Part shown: piece by piece, positions 35,678 to 48,964 of the stretch
Position numbering within the stretch: position 1 is the first letter of the stretch
Layout: every line of letters begins with the position of its first letter
Assembly (NCBI RefSeq): GCF_018977255.1
Contig: NW_024704743.1
Coordinates: 99,140,001 to 99,204,000 of the forward strand
From: Callorhinchus milii
Lineage: Eukaryota
Direction: 5' to 3'
DNA: 64,000 bases
Translations under genes and position numbers: made by a program
The notes under the pieces: generated by a model
What the model was told of the DNA's origin: nothing
The model's input: only the letters and a program-made list of their open reading frames with translations
Database searches by the model: none

Positions 35678-38189
35678 CTGGAACAACACAGGAAGAGAGT
35701 GAGTGAATTTCATATCACAGCAAGCGTATCAATGATGTTTATTAATCTATTGGTGTCTGTATCAGCTCAGGACAGACTTCTGCCTTGAATGGGAAGCTAA
35801 AAGCCAAAATCCCACCTAATGTTCCATTCCTTTCAAGGCTATTCTGTGCTGCTCTCCTTTTCAGTGACAAAGAGAAATTCAGCAGGTGAGGCAAGCATCA
35901 AAGGAGGTTAAGATACAATTCCACTAGAAACAGAAACTGCTGTTTTTCTCTCTTAATCTCAGAAATTTCTATGTCTGTCTCTTGGCTACTGCATTAACCT
36001 ACAAAACTCTCAGTCATTACACTTTATAAATATGTCCTGTGAAGTACTTTGATACATCCTACCGAAATGAAAGTTTCTATATCAAATATAAGTATTATTA
36101 TGATTTTATTATGATTTTATTATGAGCGAACAGGTCACATATCTCCAAGACACTTTGAACAAAATATGATATTGCAAGTAGGCGGTACACTTCCTGTGGA
36201 ATCATAGGGTCACTGCATGAAGCTGAACCATTGTATGGGATACAGCGAAGCTGGAAGCCAGCTGAAACCAGCAAGACTTGTGACATGTCGTAGAATAAGT
36301 TTAGGTGTCAGCGAGACTCAGTTTAGCACTTTCTCCTCTGGGTCAGAAGGTTGGGTGTTGAAAGCCTCGGTCAGGACTTTGATGTCATAGACTAGGCGGA
36401 CACGCCAGTGTAATGCTGGAGGATTGTTGTATTGTTGGAGGTGCCTCAGTTGAGACAAAATAATTAAAATTATTCATTAATTTCATGGTTATTTGTGGGA
36501 CCTTGATGCAAATTGACTGTTGCATTCTTGTACAAAAATCATACAAAATCCAGTCACTATATTTTACAGTGAAGCACTTTGAGCTGTCCTCCTGATGTGA
36601 AAGGCACTATATCAAATGCAAGGATTATTTTATATTGTTCGATTTAAGAAGAGATTGATGTTGTGATGGCCTGCCTACACAATCAATGTTGTAATCTTGG
36701 TCTGCCATTTGGACTAATATCAATTACAATTCCAAAAGAGGGGTTGCCATAATGTGGCATACCAATCAGTTCTGATAAAAAGGTTTTTGGTAGCACAGGT
36801 TTGTGCTGTGTTGGTGGAGGTGCCATTCCTTCGGATGAGATGTTAAACCAAGGGTTCCATATCCCTGTTTTAGGCAGACTTAAAAAGTAAAGATACCATG
36901 GCACTATTCAAAAACAAAAGGAAGTGTCTCCCAGTGCCCTGGCCAACAATCCCCCAAATAAAGTTGGTAATTCACATCATGGCTTTTTGTGTGCAAATTG
37001 GCTGCTGTGGTTGCCTACAAAATATTCAGTAAATCTTGTGGGTTGCTTTTAGAAGTTCTCCCAATGTGAAAGGTAAATGCAAGGATAATTATTATTAGTA
37101 AGAGTATTAATAACAACAATAATAATAATCTATAATAATAACATCTGTTGGAAGGACATCCCGGGATCCGTTACTGTGAAGCGCTCTGAGACGCCGTCCG
37201 GTGTGGAGGGCGCTATATTAATCCAAGTTGTTGCTGTTGTTATCTCAAAGCAATTCACAAGATATACTGTAAAGTGTAAGTGACTGTATTTTGTGGGCAA
37301 ACGCTGAAGTTAATTTTGTGAACAGCAATTTTCCATGGAGTGAATGACCAATTTTATTTGGGGGATTGTTGAGCAGGACATTTGGAAAAACTCCCTTCTC
37401 TTTTTGAATAGAGCCAAGCAATGTTTAATGTCCACCTGAACAGGAAGATAAAGCCTTGATTTAACATCTCATCCAAAGAGAGGCCCCTCCAACATTGTAG
37501 CACACCCCCAGCACTGCATTGGAATATCAGTGTCAGTTATATGAGTTCCAAATCCCGATGTGGAGTTTGAACCCACAACCTCCTGATTCAGAGATGAGAG
37601 TGCCTCCCACTGAGCTAGACTGAAGCAGGCAACACTGTTCAACTGGAGTATTCATCAAACTAACATTCATTTGTTTAGGTAAATCTGATATCAGTATTTA
37701 GTGAATTAATGTTTGGGCCACCACATCAGATTGGGGTCAAAGATAAAATGCCTATAAAGAGGTTATGAATCAATGGTACATCTGAAACTCGTTGCTGCAA
37801 TGAAAGATCATGTGGAGGTTCTACTCTCTGTGGAGGTTCATTTAATTGACCTTCTCACCCTTTAAGATTTTTTTCATTTTTAAAGGTTCATGTTTATTTT
37901 CTGGCAAGCATGTGTGTTTTATGGCATCTTTAGCCTCTGCTGCATTCAATTCATTAATTCACTTAACTTTATTCAGCCAAGTCTGCTATGCTCACTATAT
38001 TGACAGGAAATTTCATGGTACACGCAATCTGGAAATAATTATAAGAATGATGAAGCAATTCTTGTCTGCAAAATATATGCACAGCATGGAAATTTCGACT
38101 GAAATAAGAGGCGATAATGTGAAAATAACATGCTTTGGGAGAATATTGCTTTTGTTTCTCATTGGCTGAATTTAAATTTTACAAGGATT

Positions 38190-40050
38190 TCACATATTCC
38201 GCTTACTCAAATGCAAAAGATAGTGGGAACGCAGAGACCTGGGAGAAATACAAAAGGCAACAAAGGGAGACGAAGAAAGTAATAAAAGGAGCAAAAAAGG
38301 GAGTATGAACAAAAACTTGCAGGGGACATCAAAACCAATAGTAAGAGCTTTTATAAATATATCAAGAGAAAGAGAATGGTAAAGGCGAATGTGGGTACAT
38401 TAAAGACAGATACAGGTGAGACTATAATGGAAAATAAAGATATGGCTGACTTGCTAAATAAGTACTTTGCTACAGTTTTTACAGTAGAAAAGGACGAAAT
38501 ACCAAGCATACAAAGGAACCTGAAAATAAGTCAAAAAGAAATACTTAATAAACTAAATATAAATTTAAAAAATGGTGATGGAGAAAATAATGAGACACAA
38601 AATAGGCAAATCTCCAGGATCTGACAATTTCCACCCCAGGGTATTAAAGGAAATAGAAGAGGAAATTGCAGATGCATTGGTCATGATTTTCCAAAGTTCA
38701 CTAGATTCAGGAATTGTGCCCTTAGATTGGAAAATTGCCAATGTCACCCCTTTATTTAAGAAGGGAGGGAGGGAGAAACCAGGAAATTACAGATCTGTTA
38801 GTTTAACGTCAGTTGGAGGGAAATTACTGGAATCCATCATCAGGGACAGAGTGACTGAACACTTGGAGAGGTATGAGCTTACATGGACTTTCAGAAGGCA
38901 TTTGATAAGGTTCCACACAAAGGATTATTAAAAAAATAGAAAATAGAAGCGCACGGAATCGGAGGTAACCTTGTGACGTGGCTTCGCAATTGGTTGGGAG
39001 ACAGAAAACAGAGGGAACGTTCTCTGATTGGGGGGACGTGACAAGTGGTGCCCCCAGGGGTCTGTACTGGGACCTCAGCTTTTTGCCATATACATAAATG
39101 ACATGGATGAAGAAATAGAAAGTTTTATATCCAAGTTTGCGGATGACACTAAGATAGGAGACTCAGCAAGTAGTGAAGATGGGAATAGGAAGTTACAGAG
39201 GGACATAGACAGATTAAGTTAGTGGGCAAAACTGTGGCAGATGGAGTTCAATGTAGGGAAGTGGGAGATCATCCGCTATGGACCAAAAAAAGATAGGGAC
39301 AAAATACTTTCTTAACGGGGAGAAATTAAGAACTGTGGAATAGCAAAAAGATTTGAGTGTCTATATCCACAAATCACTAAAAACTAGTTCCCAGGTGCAA
39401 AACATAATCAAAAAGGAAAATGGTATGTTGATCTTTATCTCGAGAGGCCTGGAATACAAAGTGGCAGAAATGATGCTTCAGCTGCATAGAGCGTTAGTCA
39501 GAACCCCACTGGAGACTGTGCTTAGTTTTGGGCACAACACCATAGGAAAGATATATTGGCCCTGGAGGGGATGCACTGCAGGTTCACCAGAATGTATACC
39601 AGGCCAAAAAGGGTTAAGTTACAAGGAAAGGCTGCGTAAACTTGGATTGTATTCCCTCGAGTTTAAAAGATTGAGGGGTGATTTGATAGAGCTTTTTAGG
39701 ATGATAAAGGGATTTGATAGGGTAGATGCAGAAAAGCTATTTCCTATGTTGGGGGAATGCAAAACAAGGGGGCATAGTCTTAAAATTTAAGAGTGAAATT
39801 AGGAAGCATTTTTTCACTCAAAGAGTGGTAGAAATCTGGAACTCTCTCCCCCAAAAGGTCGTGGATGCTGGATCCATCCATACCTTCAAGAAAGAGATTG
39901 ACAGATTTTTGATAGGTCGGGGTATTAAGGGATATGGGGAGGAAGGGGGAAATTGGATTTGAAATTCTAGTAAAAGTATAGATCAGCCATGATCTAATTA
40001 AATGGCGGAACAGGCTCGACGGTTTGAATGGCCTACTCCTGTTCCTATGC
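38190..40050 (+). mobile_element. 5'-truncated, degenerate CR1 LINE
   Basis: Successive ORF2 fragments ([51 protein letters not shown]) and a CR1 3' UTR. Confidence 0.95.
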
Positions 40051-40203
40051 CAATGAAAATTAACAAAAACAGATTTTTTAAAATTGTTTTCTTTTTGAAA
40101 TTCCACAAGGTGGCTCTGTGCTTTACCTCCCACTAAATATCTACAAGTGCTAACTGTAGGTAAAACTCATTCACACGCAATTATTTGGGGTTTACAGCAT
40201 TGT

Positions 40204-40569
40204 GGAGTCCTGTAGCTCAGTGGTTAGAGCACTCGCCTCGCAAGCGAAAGACCGAGGTTTGATTCCCGGCAAGGGGAAATGTTGGTCAAGTTTCCTTACT
40301 CCACACACATCTATTTACTTAGCAGTAAGTAGGAAAATGGTTGATTGGCGGATCGCTTTTACGGGAATAATAATTTCTTCAAATTTCTTCAAATTTCTAA
40401 TCTGGTTACTCAATCCATGACTGTTTGTGGGATGCTGCTGTGCACAATTGGCTTTTGCCCACAAAATCTGCAGTCAATTCACTTTACAAGTATATTCTGT
40501 GAAGTGCTTTGAGACGTCTTGAAGATGTGATAAGGTGCTATATCAAATGCAAGGATTATTATTATTATT
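40204..40569 (+). mobile_element. tRNA-headed SINE, long form
   Basis: ggagtcctgtagctcagtggttagagc head, internal module, Deu-like segment, (ATT)n tail. Confidence 0.9.
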
Positions 40570-40800
40570 TGTCTGTAGGACATAGGAACATAGAAATCTA
40601 TTCTACTAGTGTCAATGCTTGCTCCTCCAACGAAGCCACCTAGTTGAATCCCAATTTCTTGCTCTTTATCTGTTCCTTCTCATACCCTTCCTCTCCATGT
40701 GTTTATCCAATTCCCTTTGAATGCCCTCAATCAACACCAATCCAACAGACACGCCTAACAAATTATTTATATTCCAATAAGCCTCTGGGAGAAGGAAAAG

Positions 40801-41023
40801 GTTTAAAAAGGTAAATTGTGAGGAACTATTTCCATTGGCAATTCAAATACAAGTGGGTAAGAATTTAAAATTAGAAATTGGAGAATTAAAGGGCCCCTAA
40901 ATTCCCTTTCAATTCTCCGTAACTTGCCCTTTAATTTTCCGAAATCCAATTTTAAATTCTCACCCTCTTGTCCTTGAATTAGCTACCAACAAAAATAGTT
41001 CCCCGCAATTTACCCTTTCAAAC
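40801..41023. repeat. ~95-bp imperfect inverted repeat within an old CR1 fragment (40575-41170)
   Basis: 40801-40894 resembles the reverse complement of 40926-41023; spacer about 31 nt. Confidence 0.75.
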
Positions 41024-41653
41024 CTGTTCATTATCTTAAACACCTGTCACATTACATTTCAGTCTTCTCTGCTCCAAAGTAGAGAGTGCCAACCTCTAGA
41101 GCATCTCTTCAAAGCTATATCCTCTCACCTCTGGTGTCAACCACATGAATTTACTTTGCACCCTGCATCACTTAACCAAAGTGCTTTTCCTCTAACAGAG
41201 TAATGTGCATGATTCTTGCAGCCTGCTAGCCTGCATTGCTTTATCATTCGAGCACACGTGCTGCAGAAACCCTATTTTGCCTGATTTGTTTATTTTGGTT
41301 TCCTAAGACATGTTGCAGTCTCATAATACAAACAACGGATCTGTCTAAATGGATTGAACTTTTTCTTAGCTGTCATAGAATTTATTTTTCCTGAAGTCTA
41401 GCAGAAGTTTGGAGATGCCTATAAATGATTGAATGTGCAGGCTGATAGTATTCCAGAACTAATATTGTGTGTAATGGAAGGTTACTATTCCTGTTGCAGC
41501 TCACAGTGTCAACATTCCTCAGTCATAACCAAAGAATCAGAGCCAAATGGAAACGGATGTTTGTTCGTCCTCACCCAGGTGTCCTCATGATGCCATTCAA
41601 AAATGTCATATTTTCATTCCAAAAAGAATTTATTATTGCCACTGCAGCAAGTA

Positions 41654-43651
41654 CTTAACCTTACCGCTCCACTCTAGCCTCGGCCAAGTCGTCCTTCTAC
41701 TCCAGGATAATCCTGGAGGCGAAGAACAACCCCAGGTTACTGTTTTCCACCACAACCCGACTCCTCCGTCCCCCCCGCCACCCCGCGCAGGTCATCTCCT
41801 CCAACCTTCACTGCGAGGAGATGCTGGATTTCCTTGAATCCAAGATCAAGGGAATTCGCTCCGCGGTCACTTCCCCTCCAACATCCACCAACCCCCCACC
41901 CCTCACTCCCACACTCCGACTGCTACCCATCCTCCCCTACTCACTTTTGTACCCGTTTCCCCACCCTCTGTCACCAAACTCATCCTATCCCTGAAACCAA
42001 CCACCTGCTCCCTTGACCCCATCCCCACTCCACTCCTTATCTCCCAGCTCCACTTTCTTGCCCCACATATCACCGACATCGTCAACCTGTCCCTCTCCTC
42101 TGGCTCTGTCCCCATTCCCTTAAAAACTGCCACCATCACGCCCACCCTGAAAAAACCCTCCCTTGATGCGTCGCAGCTATCAAGCTACCGGCCCATCTCC
42201 AACCTCCCCTTTCTCTCCAAGGTCTTGGAAAGAGTTGTCGCCTCCCAACTGCGCTCTTTCCTTTCCACCCATTCACTTTTCGAACCCCTTCAGTCAGGTT
42301 TCCGTGCTGCCCATAGCACAGAAACTGCCCTGGTCAAGGTCACCAATGATATCCTGACCATCTGTGACCAGGGCTCCCTCTGCCTCCTCGACCTATCGGC
42401 AGCATTCGATACGGTCGACCACGCTATCCTACTCCACCGCTTGTCCTCCCACCTCAACCTTCAAGGCACTGTCCTTGAATGGTTTAGGTCGTACCTTTCT
42501 CACCGTCTTCACTTTGTCTCAACGAATGGCTTCTCCTCCACCCCCCGCACTGTCTCATGTGGTGTCCCTCAGGGCTCTGTCCTCGGTCCCCTCCTCTTCA
42601 CCCTCTATATGCTCCCCCTTGGTGACATCATCCGCAGACATGGAGTTAACTTCCACATGTATGCGGATGACACCCAACTCTACCTTTCCTCCTCTACTCT
42701 CAACTCCACGACCACCGATGTCCTGACAGCCTGCCTGTCCGACATCGAGTCCTGGACGAGAGACAACTTTCTTCAGCTCAACGTGCGAAAAACCGAGGCC
42801 CTCCTGATTGGCTCACGTCAGCGCCTCCGCACCTCAGGCGCCGACACCATCAGCATCCAAGGCTGCACTCTCCACCTCTCAAAGCCAGTCAGGAACCTCG
42901 GGGTTTTGTTCGACCCTGAGCTGTCCTTTCTCCCTCACATCCGCACCACAACTGGCACCGCCTTCCATCACCTCCGGAACATCGCCAGACTACGGCACTA
43001 CCTCACCCCTCACGCTGCTGAAACTCTGGTCCACGCCTTTGTCACCTCAAGGCTGGACTATGGGAACTCTCTCCTCGCCGGCCTTCCCGCCACCTCCCTC
43101 CACAAGCTGCAGGTCATTCAGAACTCTGCAGCTCGTGTACTGTCCCGCACCAGGCTTCGCGACCACATCACTCCCACCCTCGCTCGCCTCCACTGGCTCC
43201 CCATCCCCCAGAGGATAGATTTCAAGATCCTCATCCTCACCTATAAGGCCATCCACGGCCTTGTTCCCTCCTACCTCTCCAACCTACTATCCCCCTACTT
43301 ACCTGCCCGTTCCCTCCGTTCCTCCGGCCCCGGTCTGCTCCACATCCCCCGCCCTAACCGCCCTACCATCGGTGGCCGGGCCTTCAGCCTCTCAGCCCCC
43401 AGGCTCTGGAACTCCATCCCCCAGTGCCTTCGCCGCCTCCTCCCTCTCCTCCTTCAAGGCCGGTCTCAAAACCTTTCTCTTTGACCGTGCCTTCAGCTCC
43501 CCTCTCGACTCTCTTCCCCCTCCTCGCTCCTTCCCTTCCCTCCCCTCACCCTGACCATTTCCCCCCTGCTCGGGTCATGACCCAACTGTGCAGCGCCTTG
43601 GGACGTCCTCCTGACGTGAAAGGCGCTTTATAAATGGAATCTTGTTGTTGT
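41654..43651 (+). mobile_element. Young L2 LINE (5'-truncated, about 2 kb) with an open 419-aa RT/C-terminal frame
   Basis: ORF 42225-43484: [44 protein letters not shown]; 3' stem-loop and (GTT)n tail. Confidence 0.97.
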
Positions 43652-44015
43652 AGGGTTGTTTCATCTGTCTACAAAGGAGGGGGAAAAAAACTCTCGGACA
43701 CATGTTTTCAGTAACAATAATAATAATCCTTGCATTTGATATAGTGCCTTTCACATCATGAGGATATCTCAAGGAGTTTCACTATAAAGTGTAGTGACTG
43801 TGTATTTTGTAGGCAAACACATAGAATGTTATTGCAGGTCATTCAGTTGAACTAGTCCATATCAGTGTTTATATACTCCAATGCTGCGTGCAAATTTTCT
43901 GACACATTTCGTCCACAAAATATACAGTCGATTCACTTTACAATATATTCTATGAAGTGCTTTGAGACGTCTCAAAGACGTGATAAGGCGCTATATCAAA
44001 AGCAAAGGTTTATTA

Positions 44016-44049
<34 letters not shown>

Positions 44050-44313
44050 GCATCATGCAGGTCAACCTCATCACCTCAAAATGCAGAATAATATTATGGA
44101 AAAAGCACATTGACTGGAAATGCAGTGCAATGTGACTTTTGACTTAATTCTGATAAATAAATATTTGATCAAATTTGCAGTTGGAATAGTGTGCATTCAT
44201 ACTGCAAGTAAAAATTTGTTTATACAGCAAATGAGCATTCACCAGTTGTAATCCACTGCCCATAACCCTCTATTCCCTTTCTCTTTCATTTATTGGAGTC
44301 CTGTTGCTTTGTT

Positions 44314-44677
44314 GAGTCCTGTAGCTCAGTGGTTAGAGCACTCGCCTTGCAAGCGAGAGGACCTGAGTACGATTCCCGGGAAAGACAAAATGTTTGGTAA
44401 GTTTCCTTACTCCACATGCCTCTGTTTACCTAGCAGCAAGTAGGAACGTGGTTGTTAGTCGATTGGCGGATCACTTTTCTGGGGTAATAATCCCTTCAAA
44501 AAAAATAATATAGTTAATCAATCCACGACTGTTTGTGGAACACTGCTGTGTGCAATTGGCTGCCGCATTTTGCCCACATAATATACAGTCAATTCACTTT
44601 ACAGTATATTCTGTGAAGCGTTTTGAGACGTCTCGAAGATGTGGTGAGGTGCTATATCAAATTCAAGGATTATTATT
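44314..44677 (+). mobile_element. tRNA(Ala)-headed SINE, long form, ending about 30 bp from the TM-exon donor
   Basis: Full copy with anticodon arm CTCGC-CT-TGC-AA-GCGAG. Confidence 0.9.
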
Positions 44678-44710
44678 TTATCATTGTCAAAGTTCAAAAG
44701 TACATTTTAC

Positions 44711-44833
44711 CTTTATATCCCAGGATGGCTACAGTAATGGTCAACAGGGCACACAGGACATAAAGAAGCAGGATAGCGAACTTCAGTGCCCAATTGTTCC
44801 TGCATCTATTACACTGAGGCCCTTCCTGGATTC
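44711..44833 (-). CDS. COLEC12: COLEC12-like transmembrane exon (123 nt)
   Basis: ttttgcag|(G)[41 protein letters not shown]|gtaaaa; close to the recalled human [41 protein letters not shown]; not in the ORF track. Confidence 0.96.
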
Positions 44834-45069
44834 CTGCAAAACAAACATAATCAACGTTTAAAAAAGTTGGGAGAATTTATATTCAACTATGTCTTTGGTT
44901 GGTACTTTCATCACAAATATAAGCAACAAATATTACAGTGAAGTACAGAAGAAAAAAAGTAGATTACTCTTCAAAAAACATGAGTTTGATTTTAATCTAC
45001 ATGTATGGCACTTGAGGAAACCTATCACCATTCTTAAGCATATCCAAACCAGACTGTGAGCACAACAGA

Positions 45070-45290
45070 TATGTTACCTATGCATGGAAATTTTTATATC
45101 TTGAATGGAAAGCACACTCTCTCTCTCTGGAGGGATGCACCCTGCCAGAGTTTAACCAGCTAAAACTGCCTGGCTTGCCATTGAAAGCACTTGCTGGTAA
45201 CCTTCCCGTTGCTTGTCCAGCTGGGACCACCCTACTGGTTAGGGCTTGGCTTGCAGGGTTAATTATGGTCGAGTGGGAAAAATTCCTGCC
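45070..45290 (-). repeat. Internally deleted copy of the unclassified ~350-bp repeat
   Basis: Reverse complement reads ttaaccctgcaagccaagccctaaccagtagggtggtcccagctggacaagcaacggg. Confidence 0.7.
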
Positions 45291-45579
45291 TCAGTGACAT
45301 GAGAAACAGCAACACCAGGAATAGACTGACTCAGAGCTTTCAGCTTTTGGTATCAGCACCAAAACACTCTAACAAACCCAAAAAAACATCTGCAGCTCTA
45401 ATTGTGTTGTACTTTTATTTTAAGTTCCTTCCTTTTCTCAAAATGAAACCAGTCAGACTATGCCCATTTGTGTGGTAAATCAGGTGACGATCGATGACCA
45501 TGATAAAAATTCCATTGTAAGCAAGTAATGGAAAGAATGCTACTTGGAGTCATCAGCACATGAAAACCCCCCCTTATCT

Positions 45580-45900
45580 GATCTAGCTTCTTCCAATTTT
45601 CTTCCCTTTACTGAGGACAGTTGACTTGTGCAATTCCGAGTTGCTGGCGATCCTCCCATCCCATGTTTCCTCAGTGAGTCTAAACAATTCCCTATTTAAC
45701 CATGAAAGTCACTCGGGCCAACACTGATCCTGTGGTCAACTGACATTATATTTGTCTGGGTCAATGGATAGCGATCAGTAGCTCTTCATTGGCCTAGGTT
45801 ATATCACAGTCAATTATAGCAGCATTGCTACCACTCAACTACCTCAGAAGGGACTGGGGATTAAACCTTCCTGGTTTGTATGGATCAGTACCACACTAGG
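45580..45900 (-). mobile_element. Old SINE of a further family (related pieces near 7670-7860, 13570-13680, 19050-19150, 23380-23510 and 63400-63530)
   Basis: Reverse complement gtgtggtactgatccatacaaaccaggaaggtttaatcccc..tgatcgctatcca..gggaagaaaattgg resembles a SINE I recall from shark DNA; highly diverged. Confidence 0.45.
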
Positions 45901-47794
45901 CACTATGTTCTTTGAAAAAAAGGACAATTATTAATGTCTATTCTTTTCTTCATTTTATTAATCCTTCCTAACATTGGATTTGTGCAGTAACCCTGGAAAT
46001 GCTACCTGAGCTGTGTAATGGTGATTTTTTAAAAAACTTTGTTTCAGTTTTTCAGTCATTCAGTATGAAATGAAAACAACAAATTACATTTGTATAGCGC
46101 CTTTCATGTCAGGAGGACATCCAATATAAACATTACTAGCAATCTAATACATATAAATCTTGCAATATATGTGAAGAACAGGCTCAGTTTCCGCACTTTG
46201 GTTTGAATCCAGAGCAGGAGTAGTTGGACGTGGAAACATTACACAGTTGCTGTGGAGGTTGCTCTTCTGATGATAGAGGTTACATCACATCTTGTTGGGA
46301 CAGAGTCATGGCTTTACTCTGCTTTTGGTCGGTTCTCCACCAGTACTTAATGCCAAAGTTGGTGACATGGTGGAAAACACTGTCTATAACTGACATACTT
46401 TATTTCAAATGAGTAGAAATGTTAAAAAGCTTGACTTTTTCAAAAGCTGATGGTTCTTTTTAGAAACATACTTTGTGTGCGACCACAGCCTGAAATGGGA
46501 AGGTATAATTTATTGCAAGCACAATATTTCAAGAAAGTACTTAAGGTCAAAAATAATAAAGTGAGCAGCAAATGCAGTTCAAGTACTTCAAAGAAATATT
46601 GTAATCTGTTGTCCCCAGAATAACTTCCCATCGTTCAGTGCATATATAATGTTTCGGGTCATGAGCTAGGACCTGTTACACTGCCAAAGCCTACACCTAT
46701 GTAACTATTGGCAGGAGCTACCAGTCTTAAACCAAGAAAACATACCAGCCTCCTACACTTAACTGATTTGGTAGCTTTCTTGCCTAACTCACACAATCTA
46801 TGCTGACTCCACTGCAATGCTGGCAGACTGCTGTATTGTTGGAGATTCTGTCATTCAGATGAGATATTAACCAAAATCACATCTACCTGTCCAGGTGGAT
46901 GTTAAAGATCCCGTGGCACTATTTGAAAAGAGAAGGGAGCTTCTTCTGGTGCCACAGTTAACAATTCCCCAAATAATATTGGTAATTCATCTCATAGCGG
47001 TTTGTGGAACATTGTTGTGTGTAAATTGGCTGCTGTATTCACCTACAAATACAGAGACACTATACTTTACAGTAAAACGTGAAGTACTGTAAGATGTGCT
47101 CTGACAAGAAAGGCATAATATTAAATAAAAGGATTATTATCAATATCATTATTACACTGCTTCAAACAGCTGCATCTAATGCAAATTTCAGAAACAGCAA
47201 TGAATGTGTCCTGTTGGAGTTGAAGTTTGACTTTAACATGTTCAAATCTTAGCTTTTTCTTCTGTTCCATTTCCCAGGTTCTTTTTTCTCAGTCTTATTT
47301 CATTTTCATATTGTGGCTACGGAGAATCAAAATTTAGCAATGAAGTAGATGTGTATTTGCAGCAATTCCAAAGTTGCACTGTTTTTACATTGCTTCTGGA
47401 TTTCCTGATGGTGTTCATGGCAACTGATGCATGCTCAAACACCTTGACGCTGCTTAAATACTGCAATAATGTCTAGGCTGACACATCACTACAGCGCTGG
47501 GGAAGCTCTGCATTATTGGAAGTGCCGTTCTTCAGGTTTGATGTTAAACCAAGAACCACCTGTTCAGATGGATGTTAAAGATCACATGACACTGTTGGAA
47601 AGTTTCTCCCGGTGCCATGGTTTACAATTTCCCAAATAAAATCAGTTATTCACTTTGTGGTAATTTGTGGGATATTGCTGTGCACAAATTGGCTGCCTCA
47701 ATTGCCTACAGAATACAGTCACTGAGATGTATAGCATTTTGAGATACCCTCCTGTTGGGAACAATGCTACGTCAAATGCAAGGATTACTATAAT

Positions 47795-47996
47795 CAACAA
47801 CAACAAGATTCCATTTATAAAGCGCCTTTCACGTCAGGAGGACGTCCCAAGGCGCTGCACAGTTGGGTCATGACCCGAGCAGGGGGGAAATGGTCAGGGT
47901 GAGGGAAGGGAGGGAGCGAGGAGGGGGGAAATGGTCAGGGTGAGGGGAGGGAAGGGAGGGAGCGAGGAGGGGGAAGAGAGTCGAGAGGGGAGCTGA
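47795..47996 (-). mobile_element. Short 3' end of the young L2 family with an internal duplication, inserted at a DeuSINE tail
   Basis: Nearly identical to the reverse complement of 43490-43651; gggggaaatggtcagggtgaggg occurs twice. Confidence 0.9.
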
Positions 47997-48616
47997 ATCA
48001 TGTTCCTAATAGATGAAATGAAAGTTATGGATAGCCATGAATTCTACCATCTTGCTGTGATCATGAGAATCTATAAATCATTATAAGGAAATGCATACAA
48101 TTACTGTTAAATACTAATATGAAGTGCTATCTATTCCAAGCTACACAATGCTCGCTGCAGGGATATGAGTCCGAGGTCAGAGCAACAATATATAATCAGT
48201 CATTTGGAAGTAGTTCAGAATGAGCCACCTGATGTATGTTCCTGTACAAATATGTTTTTTAATAATTTTTTTGAATATGATATTCAATTTGCCAAATGTT
48301 ATGCTTCCTGTTATTGTATGATAACATGTACTTTAATAGCATTTTTCAACACCAATGAGATAAGAAGCCAATTAATTACAATTTGGGGATAAATTAGGAC
48401 AAATTTCCTTGAAGCTGCAAAAACAGGGCCATTTGGGAAATAAGGGGTTTGTGGATAATTTCCATTATATTTTTTTAAATTATATTATATTTTTTTAAAT
48501 TATAAGAAGTTTACCTGTACCTCAACAGCTATGGATGAACACTGAATTAAAATTGCGCCCAAATTCAGATATCTGCAAGTCAGAAATATGGATTTTTACA
48601 TGGAATTCCATATAAT

Positions 48617-48960
48617 AAAAATAATAATCCTTGCATTTGATATAGCGCCTCTCAAGTCTTCGCAACGTCTGAAAGCCTTCACAGAATATACTGTAAAGTG
48701 AATTGACTGTATATTTTGTGGGCGAAACGCGGCAGCCAATTGCACACAGAGGTGTCCCACAAACAGTTGTGGATTGAAGTGACTAATTTTTTTTAAAAGA
48801 AATGATTATCCCTGGAATAGCCAATCGACTAACAACCGGGTTCCTGCTTACTGCTAGGTAAACAGAGGTATGTGGAGTAAGGAAACTTATGTTTCACACT
48901 GAAATCACTGGAATTGAACTCTGCTTACAAGGCAAATGCTCTAACCACTGAGCTATAGGT
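48617..48960 (-). mobile_element. tRNA-headed SINE, long form
   Basis: Reverse complement of the 44314 type. Confidence 0.85.
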
Positions 48961-48964
48961 CTGT

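Noticed and set aside
42225..43484. 419-aa ORF as a host gene or domesticated RT
   Set aside because: Part of a 5'-truncated L2 with near-identical sibling copies and a normal tail; the open frame reflects its young age
44314..44390. Apparent tRNA-Ala(TGC) genes here and at 24978, 34450, 58750 and 62180
   Set aside because: D, anticodon and T arms are present but there is no proper acceptor stem, and each runs on into a common SINE body and tail; these are SINE heads
48464..48503. Exact 20-bp tandem duplication attatatttttttaaattat
   Set aside because: Ordinary slippage in AT-rich intronic DNA
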